Assembly (NCBI GenBank): GCA_051313645.2
Contig: JBNRSN020000031.1
Span: forward strand, 5,642,001-5,706,000
Direction of reading: 5' to 3'
Source of the DNA: Centroscyllium fabricii
Lineage: Eukaryota
Length of the DNA: 64,000 bases
The position numbers and the translations under genes were made by a program. Every line of letters begins with the position of its first letter. Within the stretch, counting starts at the first letter, position 1. This document shows positions 13,326 to 28,269 of this stretch, one piece after another. The notes below the pieces were generated by a model. That model had not been told where the DNA came from, did no database searches, and saw nothing but the letters and a program-made list of their open reading frames with translations.

Positions 13326-13959
13326 ATGCTGAGTTATCATTGGCCCACAGGCATCTGTAAGGACTACCTATTATATTCACGTAATCACATGCTGAGTTAT
13401 CATTGGCCCACAGGCATCTGTACGGACTACCTATTATATTCACGTAATCACATGATGAGTTATCATTGGCCCACAGGCATTTGTAAGGAATACCTATTAT
13501 ATTCACGTAATCACATGCTGAGTTATCATTGTCCCACAGGCATCTGTAAGGACTAATTTTATATTCACGTAATCAAATGCTGAATTATCATTGGCCCATA
13601 GGCATCTGTAAGGACTACCTATTATATTCACGTAATCACATGCTGAGTTATGATTGGCACACAGGCATCTGTAAGGACTACCTATTATATTCACGTAAAC
13701 ACATGCTGAGATATCATTGGCCCACAGGCATCTGTAAGGACTACCTATTATATTCACGTAATCACATGCTAAATTATCATTGGCCCACAGGCATCTGTAA
13801 GGACTACCTATTATATTCACGTAATCACATGCTGAATTGTCATTGGCCCACAGGCATCTGGAAGGACTACCTATTATATTCACGTAATCACATGCTGAGT
13901 TATCATTGGCCCACAGGCATCTGTAAGGACCACCTATTATATTCACGTAATCACATGCT

Positions 13960-16420
13960 GAATTATCATTGTCCCACAGGCATCTGTAAGGACTACCTAT
14001 TATATTCACGTAATCACAAGCTGAGATATCATTGGCCCACAGGCATCTGTAAGGACTACCTATTATATTCACGTAATCACATGCTAAGTAATCATTGGCC
14101 CACAGGCATCTGTAAGGACGACCTATTATATTCACATAATAACATGCTGAATTATCATTGGCCCACAGCCATCTGTAAGGACTACCTATTATATTCACGT
14201 AATCAGATGCTGAGTTATCATTGGCCCGCAGGCATCTGTAAGGACTACCAATTATATTCACGTGATCACATGCTGAGTTATCATTGGCCCACAGGAATCT
14301 GTAAGGACTACTATTATATTCACGTAATCACATGCTGAGTTATCATTGGCCCAATGGCATCTGTAAGGACTACTATTGTATTCATGTAATCGAATGCTGA
14401 GTTATCATTGGACCACAGGCATCTGTAAAGATTACTATTGTATTCACGTAATCAAATGCTGAGTTATCATTGGCCCACAGGCATCTGTAAGGACTACTAT
14501 TGTATTCACGTAATCACATGCTGAGTTATCATTGGCCCGCAGGCATCTGTAAGGACTACCTATTATATTCACGTAATCACATGCTGAATTATCATTGGCC
14601 CACAGGCATCTGGGAGGACTACCTATTATATTCACGTAATCACATGCTGAGTTATCATTGGCCCACAGGCATCTGTAAGGACCACCTACTATATTCACAT
14701 AATCACATGCTGAATTATCTTTGGCCCACAGGCATTTGTAAGGACTACCTATTATATTCATGTAAACACATGCTGAGTTATCATTGGCCCACTGGCATCT
14801 GTAAGGATTACTATTGTATTCACGTAATCAAATGCTGAGTTATCATTGGCCCACAGGCATCTGTAAGGACTACTATTGTATTCACGTAATCACATGCTGA
14901 GTTATCATTGGCCCGCAGGCATCTGTAAGGACTACCTATTATATTCACGTAATCACATGCTGAGTTATCATTGGCCCACAGGCATCTGTAAGGACTACTA
15001 TTATATTCACGTAATCATATGCTGAGTTATCATTGGCCCACAGGCATCTGTAAGGACTACCTATTATATTCACGTAATCACATGCTGAGTTATCATTGGC
15101 CCACAGCCATCTGTAAGGACTACCTATTATATTCACGTAATCACATGCTGAGTTATCATTGGCCCACAGGCATCTGTAAGGACTACCTATTATATTCACG
15201 TAATCACATGCTGAATTATCATTGGCCCACAGGCATTTGTAAGGACTACCTATTATATTCACGTAATCACATGCTGAGTTATCATTGGCCCACAGGCATC
15301 TGTACGGACTACCTATTATATTCACGTAATCACATGATGAGTTATCATTGGCCCACAGGCATTTGTAATGAATACCTATTATATTCACGTAATCACATGC
15401 TGAGTTATCATAGTCCCACAGGCATCTGTAAGGACTAATTTTATATTCACGTAATCACATGCTGAATTATCATTGGCCCATAGGCATCTGTAAGGACTAC
15501 CTATTATATTCACGTAATCACATGCTGAGTTATGATTGGCACACAGGCATCTGTAAGGACTACCTATTATATTCACGTAATCACATGCTGAGATATCATT
15601 GGCCCACAGGCATCTGTAAGGGCTACCTATTATATTCACGTAATCACATGCTAAATTATCATTGGCCCACAGGCATCTGTAAGGACTACCTATTATATTC
15701 ACGTAATCACATGCTGAATTGTCATTGGCCCACAGGCATCTGGAAGGACTACCTATTAAATTCACGTAATCACATGCTGAGTTATCATTGGCCCACAGGC
15801 ATCTTTAAGGACCACCTATTATATTCACGTAATCACATGCTGAATTATCATTGGCCCACAGGCATCTGTAAGGACTACCTATTATATTCACGTAACCACA
15901 TGCTGAGTTATCATTGGCCCACAGGCATCTGTAAGGACTACCTATTATATTCACGTAATCACATGCCGAGTTATCATTGGCCCACAGGCATCTGTAAGGA
16001 CTACCTATTATATTCACGTAATCACAAGCTGAGATATCATTGGCCAACAGGCATCTGTAAGGACTACCTATTATATTCACGTAATCACATGCTAAGTAAT
16101 CATTGGCCCACAGGCATCTGTAAGGACTACCTATTATATTCACATAATCACATGCTGAATTATCATTGGCCCACAGCCATCTGTAAGGACTACCTTTTAT
16201 ATTCACGTAATCAGATGCTGAGTTATCATTGGCCCGCAGGCATCTGTACGGACTACCAATTATATTCACGTGATCACATGCTGAGTTATCATTGGCCCAC
16301 AGGAATCTGTAAGGACTACTATTATATTCACGTAATCACATGCTGAGTTATCATTGGCCCAATGGCATCTGTAAGGACTGCTATTGTATTCATGTAATCG
16401 AATGCTGAGTTATCATTGGA
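13960..16420. repeat. Block duplicated at ~19600-22060 (offset 5637)
   Basis: ORF pairs 14444/20081, 14945/20582 and 15459/21096 all differ by 5637. Shared private variants are GTAAAGATTAC, TGTAATGAATAC and ATCTTTAAGG. Confidence 0.88.
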
Positions 16421-18860
16421 CCACAGGCATCTGTAAGGACTACTATTGTATTCACGTAATCACATGCTGAGTTATCATTGGCCCACAGTCATCTATAAGG
16501 ACTACTATTATATTTACGTAATCATATGCTGAGTTATCATTGGCCCACAGGCATCTGTAAGGACTACCTATTATATTAACGTAATCACATGCTGTGTTAT
16601 CATTGGCCCACAGGCATCTGTAAGGACTACCTATTATGATCACATAATCACATGCTGAGTTATCATTGGCCCACAGGCATCTGTAAGGACTACCTATTAT
16701 ATTCACGTAATCACATGCTGAGTTATCATTGGCCCACAGGCATCTGTAAGGACTACCTATTATATTCACGTACTCACATGATGAGTTATCATTGGCCCAC
16801 AGGCTTCTGTAAGGACTACCTATTATATTCCCGTAATAATATGCAGAGTTATCATTGGCCCACAGGCATCTGTAAGGACTACCCGTTATATTCACCTAAT
16901 CAAATGCTGAGTTATCATTGGCCCACAGGCATCTGTAAGGACTACCTATTATATTCAGGTAATCACATGCTGAGATATCATTGGCCCACTGGCATCTGTA
17001 AGGACTACCTATTATATTCACGTAATCACATGCTAAGTTATCATTGGCCCACAGGCATCTGTAAGGACTACCTATTATATTCACGTAATCACATGCTGAG
17101 TTATCATTGGCCCGCAGGCATCTGTAAGGACTACCAATTATATTCACGTAATCACATGCTGAATTATCATTGGCCCACAGGCAACTGTAAGGACTACTAT
17201 TGTATTAACGTAACCAAATGCTGAGTTATCATTGGCCCACAGGCATCTGAATGGACTACTATTATATTCACGTCATCACATGCTGAGATATCATTGGCCC
17301 ACTGGCATCTGTAAGGACTACCTATTATATTCACGTAATCACAAGCTGAGTTATCATTGGCCCACAGGCATCTGTAAGGACTACTATTATATTCACGTCA
17401 TCACATGCTGAGATATCATTGGCCCACTGGCATCTGTAAGGACTACTATTGTATTCACGTAATCAAATCCTGAGTTATCATTGGCCCACAGGCATCTGTA
17501 AGGACTACAAATGTATTCACGTAATCACATGCTGAGTTATCATTGGCCCACAGGCATCTGTTAGGACTACCTATTATATTCACATGATCACATGCTGAGT
17601 TATCATTGGCCCACAGGGATCTGTAAGGACTACTATTGTATTCACGTAACCAAATGCTGAATTATCATTGGCCCACAGGCATCTGTAAGGACTACTAATG
17701 TATTCACGTAATCACAGGCTGAGTTATCATTGGCCCGCAGGCATCTGTAAGGACTACCTATTATATTCACGTAATCACATGCTGAGTTATCATTGGCCCA
17801 CAGTCATCTGTGAGGACTACTATTATATTCACGTAATCATATGCTGAGTTATCATTGGCCCACAGGCATCTGTAAGGTCTACCTATTATATTCACGTAAT
17901 CACATGCTGTGTTATCATTGGCCCAAAGGCATCTGTAAGGACTACCTATTATGTTCATGTAATCACATGCTGAGTTATCATTGGCCCACAGGCATTTGTA
18001 AGGACTACCTGTTATATTCACGTAATCACATGCTGAGATATAATTGGCCCACAGGCATCTGTAAGGATTACCTATTATATTCACGTAATCACATGATGAG
18101 TTATCATTGGCCCACAGGAATCTGTAAGGACTACCAATTATATTCCCGTAATAATATGCTGAGTTATCATTGGCCCACAGGCAGCTGTAAGGACTACCTA
18201 TTATATTCACGTAATCAAATGCTGAGTTATCATTGGCCCGCAGGCATCTGTAAGGACTACCAATTATATTCACGTGATCACATGCCGACTTATCATTGGC
18301 GCACAGGCATCTGTAAGGACTATTATTGTATTCACGTAACCAAATGCTGAGTTATCATTGGCCCACAGGCATCTGTAAGGACTACTATTGTATTCACGTA
18401 ATCACATGCTGAGTTATCATTGGCCCGCAGGCATCTGTAAGGACTACCTATTATATTCACGTAATCACACGCTGAGTTATCATTGGACCACAGGCATCTG
18501 TAAGGACTACTATTATATTCAAGTAATCACATGCTGAGTTATCATTGGCCCACTGGCATCTGTAAGGACGACTATTGTATTCACGTAATCAAATGCTGAG
18601 TTAACATTGGCCCACAGGCATCTGTATGGTCTACTATTGTATTCACGTAATCACATGCTGAATTATCATTGGCCCGCAGGCATCTGTAAGGACTACCTAT
18701 TTTATTCACATAATCACATGCTGAGTTATCATTGGTCCACAGGCATCTGTAAGGACTAATGTTGTATTCACGTAACCAAATGCTGAGTTATCATTGGCCC
18801 ACAGGCATCTGTAAGGACTACTAATGTATTCACGTAATCACCGGCTGAGTTATCATTGGC
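14945..18860. repeat. Block duplicated at ~29735-33650 (offset 14789-14790)
   Basis: ORF pairs 15019/29809 and 15459/30249 (+14790); 16452/31241, 16896/31685, 17767/32556 and 17841/32630 (+14789). Shared markers include CGTACTCAC, GGCTTCTG, ATGCAGAG, CACCTAATC and GCCGACTT. Confidence 0.88.
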
Positions 18861-19400
18861 CCACAGGCATCTGTAAGGACTACTATTGTATTTACGTAAT
18901 CACATGCTGAGTTATCATTGGCCCACAGGCATCTGTTAGGACTACCTATTATATTCACATGATCACATGCTGAGTTATCATTGGCCCACAGGGATCTGTA
19001 AGGACTACTATTGTATTCACGTAACCAAATGCTGAATTATCATTGGCCCACAGGCATCTGTAAGGACTACCAATGTATTCACGTAATGACAGGCTGAGTT
19101 ATCATTGGCCCGCAGGCATCTGTAAGGACTACCTATTATATTCACGTAATCACATGCTGAGTTATCATTGGCCCGCAGGCATCTGTAAGGACTACCAATT
19201 ATATTCACGTGATCACATGCTGAGTTATCATTAGCCCACAGGAATCTGTAAGGACTGCTATTATATTCACGTAATCACATGCTGAGTTATCATTGGCCCA
19301 ATGGCATCTGTAAGGACTACTATTGTATTCATGTAATCGAATGCTGAGTTATCAGTGGACCACAGGCATCTCTAAGGATTACTATTGTATTCATGTAATC
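17770..19400. repeat. Block duplicated at ~24594-26230 (offset 6827); its 3' part recurs at ~22070-22790 (offset 3384)
   Basis: ORF pairs 17841/24668 and 19017/25844 (+6827) and 19017/22401 (+3384). The shared private CATTAGCCC occurs at ~19229, ~22614 and ~26057. Confidence 0.87.
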
Positions 19401-21030
19401 AAATGCTGAGTTACCATTGGCCCACAGGCATCTGTAAGGAGCACCTAATATATTCACGTAATCACATGCTGAATTATCTTTGGCCCACAGGCATTTGTAA
19501 GGACTACCTATTATATTCACGTAATCACAAGCTGAGATATCATTGGCCCACAGGCATCTGTAAGGACTACCTATTATATTCACGTAATCACATGCTGAAT
19601 TATCATTGTCCCACAGGCATCTGTAAGGACTACCTATTATATTCACGTAATCACAAGCTGAGATATCATTGGCCCACAGGCATCTGTAAGGACTACCTAT
19701 TATATTCACGTAATCACATGCTAAGTAATCATTGGCCCACAGGCATCTGTAAGGACGACCTATTATATTCACATAATAACATGCTGAATTATCATTGGCC
19801 CACAGCCATCTGTAAGGACTACCTATTATATTCACGTAATCAGATGCTGAGTTATCATTGGCCCGCAGGCATCTGTAAGGACTACCAATTATATTCACGT
19901 GATCACATGCTGAGTTATCATTGGCCCACAGGAATCTGTAAGGACTACTATTATATTCACGTAATCACATGCTGAGTTATCATTGGCCCAATGGCATCTG
20001 TAAGGACTACTATTGTATTCATGTAATCGAATGCTGAGTTATCATTGGACCACAGGCATCTGTAAAGATTACTATTGTATTCACGTAATCAAATGCTGAG
20101 TTATCATTGGCCCACAGGCATCTGTAAGGACTACTATTGTATTCACGTAATCACATGCTGAGTTATCATTGGCCCGCAGGCATCTGTAAGGACTACCTAT
20201 TATATTCACGTAATCACATGCTGAATTATCATTGGCCCACAGGCATCTGGAAGGACTACCTATTATATTCACGTAATCACATGCTGAGTTATCATTGGCC
20301 CACAGGCATCTGTAAGGACCACCTACTATATTCACGTAATCACATGCTGAATTATCTTTGGCCCACAGGCATTTGTAAGGACTACCTATTATATTCACGT
20401 AAACACATGCTGAGTTATCATTGGCCCACTGGCATCTGTAAGGATTACTATTGTATTCACGTAATCAAATGCTGAGTTATCATTGGCCCACAGGCATCTG
20501 TAAGGACTACTATTGTATTCACGTAATCACATGCTGAGTTATCATTGGCCCGCAGGCATCTGTAAGGACTACCTATTATATTCACGTAATCACATGCTGA
20601 GTTATCATTGGCCCACAGGCATCTGTAAGGACTACTATTATATTCACGTAATCATATGCTGAGTTATCATTGGCCCACAGGCATCTGTAAGGACTACCTA
20701 TTATATTCACGTAATCACATGCTGAGTTATCATTGGCCCACAGCCATCTGTAAGGACTACCTATTATATTCAGGTAATCACATGCTGAGTTATCATTGGC
20801 CCACAGGCATCTGTAAGGACTACCTATTATATTCACGTAATCACATGCTGAATTATCATTGGCCCACAGGCATTTGTAAGGACTACCTATTATATTCGCG
20901 TAATCACATGCTGAGTTATCATTGGCCCACAGGCATCTGTACGGACTACCTATTATATTCACGTGATCACATGATGAGTTATCATTGGCCCACAGGCATT
21001 TGTAATGAATACCTATTATATTCACGTAAT
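19400..21030. repeat. Block duplicated at ~22970-24600 (offset 3572)
   Basis: ORF ends 19975/23547 and ORF starts 20081/23653 and 20582/24154 differ by 3572. The private GGAGCACCTAATAT occurs at ~19438 and ~23010. Confidence 0.87.
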
Positions 21031-24000
21031 CACATGCTGAGTTATCATAGTCCCACAGGCATCTGTAAGGACTAATTTTATATTCACGTAATCACATGCT
21101 GAACTATCATTGGCCCATAGGCATCTGTAAGGACTACCTATTATATTCACGTAATCACATGCTGAGTTATGATTGGCACACAGGCATCTGTAAGGACTAC
21201 CTATTATATTCACGTAATCACATGCTGAGATATCATTGGCCCACAGGCATCTGTAAGGGCTACCTATTATATTCACGTAATCACATGCTAAATTATCATT
21301 GGCCCACAGGCATCTGTAAGGACTACCTATTATATTCACGTAATCACATGCTGAATTGTCATTGGCCCACAGGCATCTGGAAGGACTACCTATTAAATTC
21401 ACGTAATCACATGCTGAGTTATCATTGGCCCACAGGCATCTTTAAGGACCACCTATTATATTCACGTAATCACATGCTGAATTATCATTGGCACACAGGC
21501 ATCTGTAAGGACTACCTATTATATTCACGTAACCACATGCTGAGTTATCATTGGCCCACAGGCATCTGTAAGGACTACCTATTATATTCACGTAATCACA
21601 TGCCGAGTTATCATTGGCCCACAGGCATCTGTAAGGACTACCTATTATATTCACGTAATCACAAGCTGAGATATCATTGGCCAACAGGCATCTGTAAGGA
21701 CTACCTATTATATTCACGTAATCACATGCTAAGTAATCATTGGCCCACAGGCATCTGTAAGGACTACCTATTATATTCACATAATCACATGCTGAATTAT
21801 CATTGGCCCACAGCCATCTGTAAGGACTACCTATTATATTCACGTAATCAGATGCTGAGTTATCATTGGCCCGCAGGCATCTGTACGGACTACCAATTAT
21901 ATTCACGTGATCACATGCTGAGTTATCATTGGCCCACAGGAATCTGTAAGTACTACTATTATATTCACGTAATCACATGCTGAGTTATCATTGGCCCAAT
22001 GGCATCTGTAAGGACTACTATTGTATTCATGTAATCGAATGCTGAGTTATCATTGGACCACAGGCATCTGTAAGGACTACCTATTTTATTCACATAATCA
22101 CATGCTGAGTTATCATTGGTCCACAGGCATCTGTAAGGACTAATGTTGTATTCACGTAACCAAATGCTGAGTTATCATTGGCCCACAGGCATCTGTAAGG
22201 ACTACTAATGTATTCACGTAATCACCGGCTGAGTTATCATTGGCCCACAGGCATCTGTAAGGACTACTATTGTATTTACGTAATCACATGCTGAGTTATC
22301 ATTGGCCCACAGGCATCTGTTAGGACTACCTATTATATTCACATGATCACATGCTGAGTTATCATTGGCCCACAGGGATCTGTAAGGACTACTATTGTAT
22401 TCACGTAACCAAATGCTGAATTATCATTGGCCCACAGGCATCTGTAAGGACTACTAATGTATTCACGTAATGACAGGCTGAGTTATCATTGGCCCGCAGG
22501 CATCTGTAAGGACTACCTATTATATTCACGTAATCACATGCTGAGTTATCATTGGCCCGCAGGCATCTGTAAGGACTACCAATTATATTCACGTGATCAC
22601 ATGCTGAGTTATCATTAGCCCACAGGAATCTGTAAGGACTGCTATTATATTCACGTAATCACATGCTGAGTTATCATTGGCCCAATGGCATCTGTAAGGA
22701 CTACTATTGTATTCAGGTAATCGAATGCTGAGTTATCAGTGGACCACAGGTATCTCTAAGGATTACTATTGCATTCATGTAATCAAATGCTGAGTTATCA
22801 TTGGCCCACAGGCATCTGTAAGGACTACTATTGTATTCACGTAATCACATGCTGAGTTATCATTGGCCCGCAGGCATCTGTAAGGACTACCTATTATATT
22901 CACGTAATCACATGCTGAATTATCATTGGCCCACAGGCATCTGGAAGGACTACCTATTATATTCACGTAATCACATGCTGAGTTACCATTGGCCCACAGG
23001 CATCTGTAAGGAGCACCTAATATATTCACGTAATCACATGCTGAATTATCTTTGGCCCACAGGCATTTGAAAGGACTACCTATTATATTCACGTAATCAC
23101 AAGCTGAGATATCATTGGCCCACAGGCATCTGTAAGGACTACCTATTATATTCACGTAATCACATGCTGAATTATCATTGTCCCACAGGCATCTGTAAGG
23201 ACTACCTATTATATTCACGTAATCACAAGCTGAGATATCATTGGCCCACAGGCATCTGTAAGGACTACCTATTATATTCACGTAATCACATGCTAAGTAA
23301 TCATTGGCCCACAGGCATCTGTAAGGACGACCTATTATATTCACATAATAACATGCTGAATTATCATTGGCCCACAGCCATCTGTAAGGACTACCTATTA
23401 TATTCACGTAATCAGATGCTGAGTTATCATTGGCCCACAGGCATCTGTAAGGACTACCAATTATATTCACGTGATCACATGCTGAGTTATCATTGGCCCA
23501 CAGGAATCTGTAAGGACTACTATTATATTCACGTAATCACATGCTGAGTTATCATTGGCCCAATGGCATCTGTAAGGACTACTATTGTATTCATGTAATC
23601 GAATGCTGAGTTATCATTGGACCACAGGCATCTGTAAAGATTACTATTGTATTCACGTAATCAAATGCTGAGTTATCATTGGCCCACAGGCATCTGTAAG
23701 GACTACTATTGTATTCACGTAATCACATGCTGAGTTATCATTGGCCCGCAGGCATCTGTAAGGACTACCTATTATATTCACGTAATCACATGCTGAATTA
23801 TCATTGGCCCACAGGCATCTGGAAGGACTACCTATTATATTCACGTAATCACATGCTGAGTTATCATTGGCCCACAGGCATCTGTAAGGACCACCTACTA
23901 TATTCACGTAATCACATGCTGAATTATCTTTGGCCCACAGGCATTTGTAAGGACTACCTATTATATTCACGTAAACACATGCTGAGTTATCATTGGCCCA

Positions 24001-27000
24001 CTGGCATCTGTAAGGATTACTATTGTATTCACGTAATCAAATGCTGAGTTATCATTGGCCCACAGGCATCTGTAAGGACTACTATTGTATTCACGTAATC
24101 ACATGCTGAGTTATCATTGGCCCGCAGGCATCTGTAAGGACTACCTATTATATTCACGTAATCACATGCTGAGTTATCATTGGCCCACAGGCATCTGTAA
24201 GGACTACTATTATATTCACGTAATCATATGCTGAGTTATCATTGGCCCACAGGCATCTGTAAGGACTACCTATTATATTCACGTAATCACATGCTGAATT
24301 ATCATTGGCCCACAGCCATCTGTAAGGACTACCTATTATATTCAGGTAATCACATGCTGAGTTATCATTGGCCCACAGGCATCTGTAAGGACTACCTATT
24401 ATATTCACGTAATCACATGCTGAATTATCATTGGCCCACAGGCATTTGTAAGGACTACCTATTATATTCACGTAATCACATGCTGAGTTATCATTGGCCC
24501 ACAGGCATCTGTATGGACTACCTATTATATTCACGTGATCACATGATGAGTTATCATTGGCCCACAGGCATTTGTAATGAATACCTATTATATTCACGTA
24601 ATCACATGCTGAGTTATCATTGGCCCACAGTCATCTGTGAGGACTACTATTATATTCACGTAATCATATGCTGAGTTATCATTGGCCCACAGGCATCTGT
24701 AAGGTCTACCTATTATATTCACGTAATCACATGCTGTGTTATCATTGGCCCAAAGGCATCTGTAAGGACTACCTATTATATTCATGTAATCACATGCTGA
24801 GTTATCATTGGCCCACAGGCATTTGTAAGGACTACCTGTTATATTCACGTAATCACATGCTGAGATATAATTGGCCCACAGGCATCTGTAAGGATTACCT
24901 ATTATATTCACGTAATCACATGATGAGTTATCATTGGCCCACAGGAATCTGTAAGGACTACCAATTATATTCCCGTAATAATATGCTGAGTTATCATTGG
25001 CCCACAGGCAGCTGTAAGGACTACCTATTATATTCACGTAATCAAATGCTGAGTTATCATTGGCCCGCAGGCATCTGTAAGGACTACCAATTATATTCAC
25101 GTGATCACATGCCGACTTATCATTGGCGCACAGGCATCTGTAAGGACTATTATTGTATTCACGTAACCAAATGCTGAGTTATCATTGGCCCACAGGCATC
25201 TGTAAGGACTACTATTGTATTCACGTAATCACATGCTGAGTTATCATTGGCTCGCAGGCATCTGTAAGGACTACCTATTATATTCACGTAATCACACGCT
25301 GAGTTATCATTGGACCACAGGCATCTGTAAGGACTACTATTATATTCAAGTAATCACATGCTGAGTTATCATTGGCCCACTGGCATCTGTAAGGACGACT
25401 ATTGTATTCACGTAATCAAATGCTGAGTTAACATTGGCCCACAGGCATCTGTATGGTCTACTATTGTATTCACGTAATCACATGCTGAATTATCATTGGC
25501 CCGCAGGCATCTGTAAGGACTACCTATTTTATTCACATAATCACATGCTGAGTTATCATTGGTCCACAGGCATCTGTAAGGACTAATGTTGTATTCACGT
25601 AACCAAATGCTGAGTTATCATTGGCCCACAGGCATCTGTAAGGACTACTAATGTATTCACGTAATCACCGGCTGAGTTATCATTGGCCCACAGGCATCTG
25701 TAAGGACTACTATTGTATTTACGTAATCACATGCTGAGTTATCATTGGACCACAGGCATCTGTTAGGACTACCTATTATATTCACATGATCACATGCTGA
25801 GTTATCATTGGCCCACAGGGATCTGTAAGGACTACTATTGTATTCACGTAACCAAATGCTGAATTATCATTGGCCCACAGGCATCTGTAAGGACTACTAA
25901 TGTATTCACGTAATGACAGGCTGAGTTATCATTGGCCCGCAGGCATCTGTAAGGACTACCTATTATATTCACGTAATCACATGCTGAGTTATCATTGGCC
26001 CGCAGGCATCTGTAAGGACTACCAATTATATTCACGTGATCACATGCTGAGTTATCATTAGCCCACAGGAATCTGTAAGGACTACTATTATATTCACATA
26101 ATCACATGCTGAGTTATCATTGGCCCAATGGCATCTGTAAGGACTACTATTGTATTCATGTAATCGAATGCTGAGTTATCATTGGACCACAGGCATCTCT
26201 AAGGATTACTATTGTATTCATGTAATCAAATGCTGAGTTATCATTGGCCCACAGGCATCTGTAAGGACTACTATTGTATTCACGTAATCACATGCTGAGT
26301 TATCATTGGCCCGCAGGCATCTGTAAGGACTACCTATTATATTCACGTAATCACATGCTGAATTATCTTTGGCCCACAGGCATTTGTAAGGACTACCTAT
26401 TATATTCACGTAAACACATGCTGAGTTATCATTGGCCCACTGGCATCTGTAAGGATTACTATTGTATTCACGTAATCAAATGCTGAGTTATCATTGGCCC
26501 ACAGGCATCTGTAAGGACTACTATTGTATTCACGTAATCACATGCTGAGTTATCATTGGCCCGCAGGCATCTGTAAGGACTACCTATTATATTCACGTAA
26601 TCACATGCTGAGTTATCATTGGCCCACAGGCATCTGTAAGGACTACAATTATATTCACGTAATCATATGCTGAGTTATCATTGGCCCACAGGCATCTGTA
26701 AGGACTACCTATTATATTCACGTAATCACATGCTGAGTTATCATTGGCCCACAGCCATCTGTAAGGACTACCTATTATATTCAGGTAATCACATGCTGAG
26801 TTATCATTGGCCCACAGGCATCTGTAAGGACTACCTATTATATTCACGTAATCACATGCTGAATTATCATTGGCGCACAGGCATTTGTAAGGACTACCTA
26901 TTATATTCACGTAATGACATGCTGAGTTATCATTGGCCCACAGGCATCTGTACGGACTACCTATTATATTCACGTAATCACATGATGAGTTATCATTGGC

Positions 27001-28269
27001 CCACAGGCATTTGTAAGGAATACCTCTTATATTCACGTAATCACATGCTGAGTTATCATAGTCCCACAGGCATCTGTAAGGACTAATTTTATATTCACGT
27101 AATCACATGCTGAATTATCATTGGCCCATAGGCATCTGTAAGGACTACCTATTATATTCACGTAATCACATGCTGAGTTATGATTGGCACACAGGCATCT
27201 GTAAGGACTACCTATTATATTCACGTAATCACATGCTGAGATATCATTGGCCCACAGGCATCTGTAAGGGCTACCTATTATATTCACGTAATCACATGCT
27301 AAATTATCATTGGCCCACAGGCATCTGTAAGGACTACCTATTATATTCACGTAATCACATGCTGAATTGTCATTGGCCCACAGGCATCTGGAAGGACTAC
27401 CTATTAAATTCACGTAATCACATGCTGAGTTATCATTGGCCCACAGGCATCTGTAAGGACCACCTATTATATTCACGTAATCACATGCTGAATTATCATT
27501 GGCCCACAGGCATCTGTAAGGACTACCTATTATATTCACGTAACCACAAGCTGAGTTATCATTGGCCCACAGGCATCTGTAAGGACTACCTATTATATTC
27601 ACGTAATCACATGCCGAGTTATCATTGGCCCACAGGCATCTGTAAGGACTACCTATTATATTCACGTAATCACAAGCTGAGATATCATTGGCCCACAGGC
27701 ATCTGTAAGGACTACCTATTATATTCACGTAATCACATGCTAAGTAATCATTGGCCCACAGGCATCTGTAAGGACTACCTATTATATTCACATAATCACA
27801 TGCTGAATTATCATTGGCCCACAGCCATCTGTAAGGACTACCTATTATATTCACGTAATCAGATGCTGAATTATCATTGGCCCGCAGGCATCTGTACGGA
27901 CTACCAATTATATTCACGTGATCACATGCTGAGTTATCATTGGCCCACAGGAATCTGTAAGGACTACTATTATATTCACGTAATCACATGCTGAGTTATC
28001 ATTGGCCCAATGGCATCTGTAAGGACTACTATTGTATTCATGTAACCGAATGCTGAGTTATCATTGGACCACAGGCATCTGTAAGGACTACTATTGTATT
28101 CACGTAATCACATGCTGAGTTATCATTGGCCCACAGTCATCTATAAGGACTACTATTATATTTACGTAATCATATGCTGAGTTATCATTGGCCCACAGGC
28201 ATCTGAAAGGACTACCTATTATATTAACGTAATCACATGCTGTGTTATCATTGGCCCACAGGCATCTGT

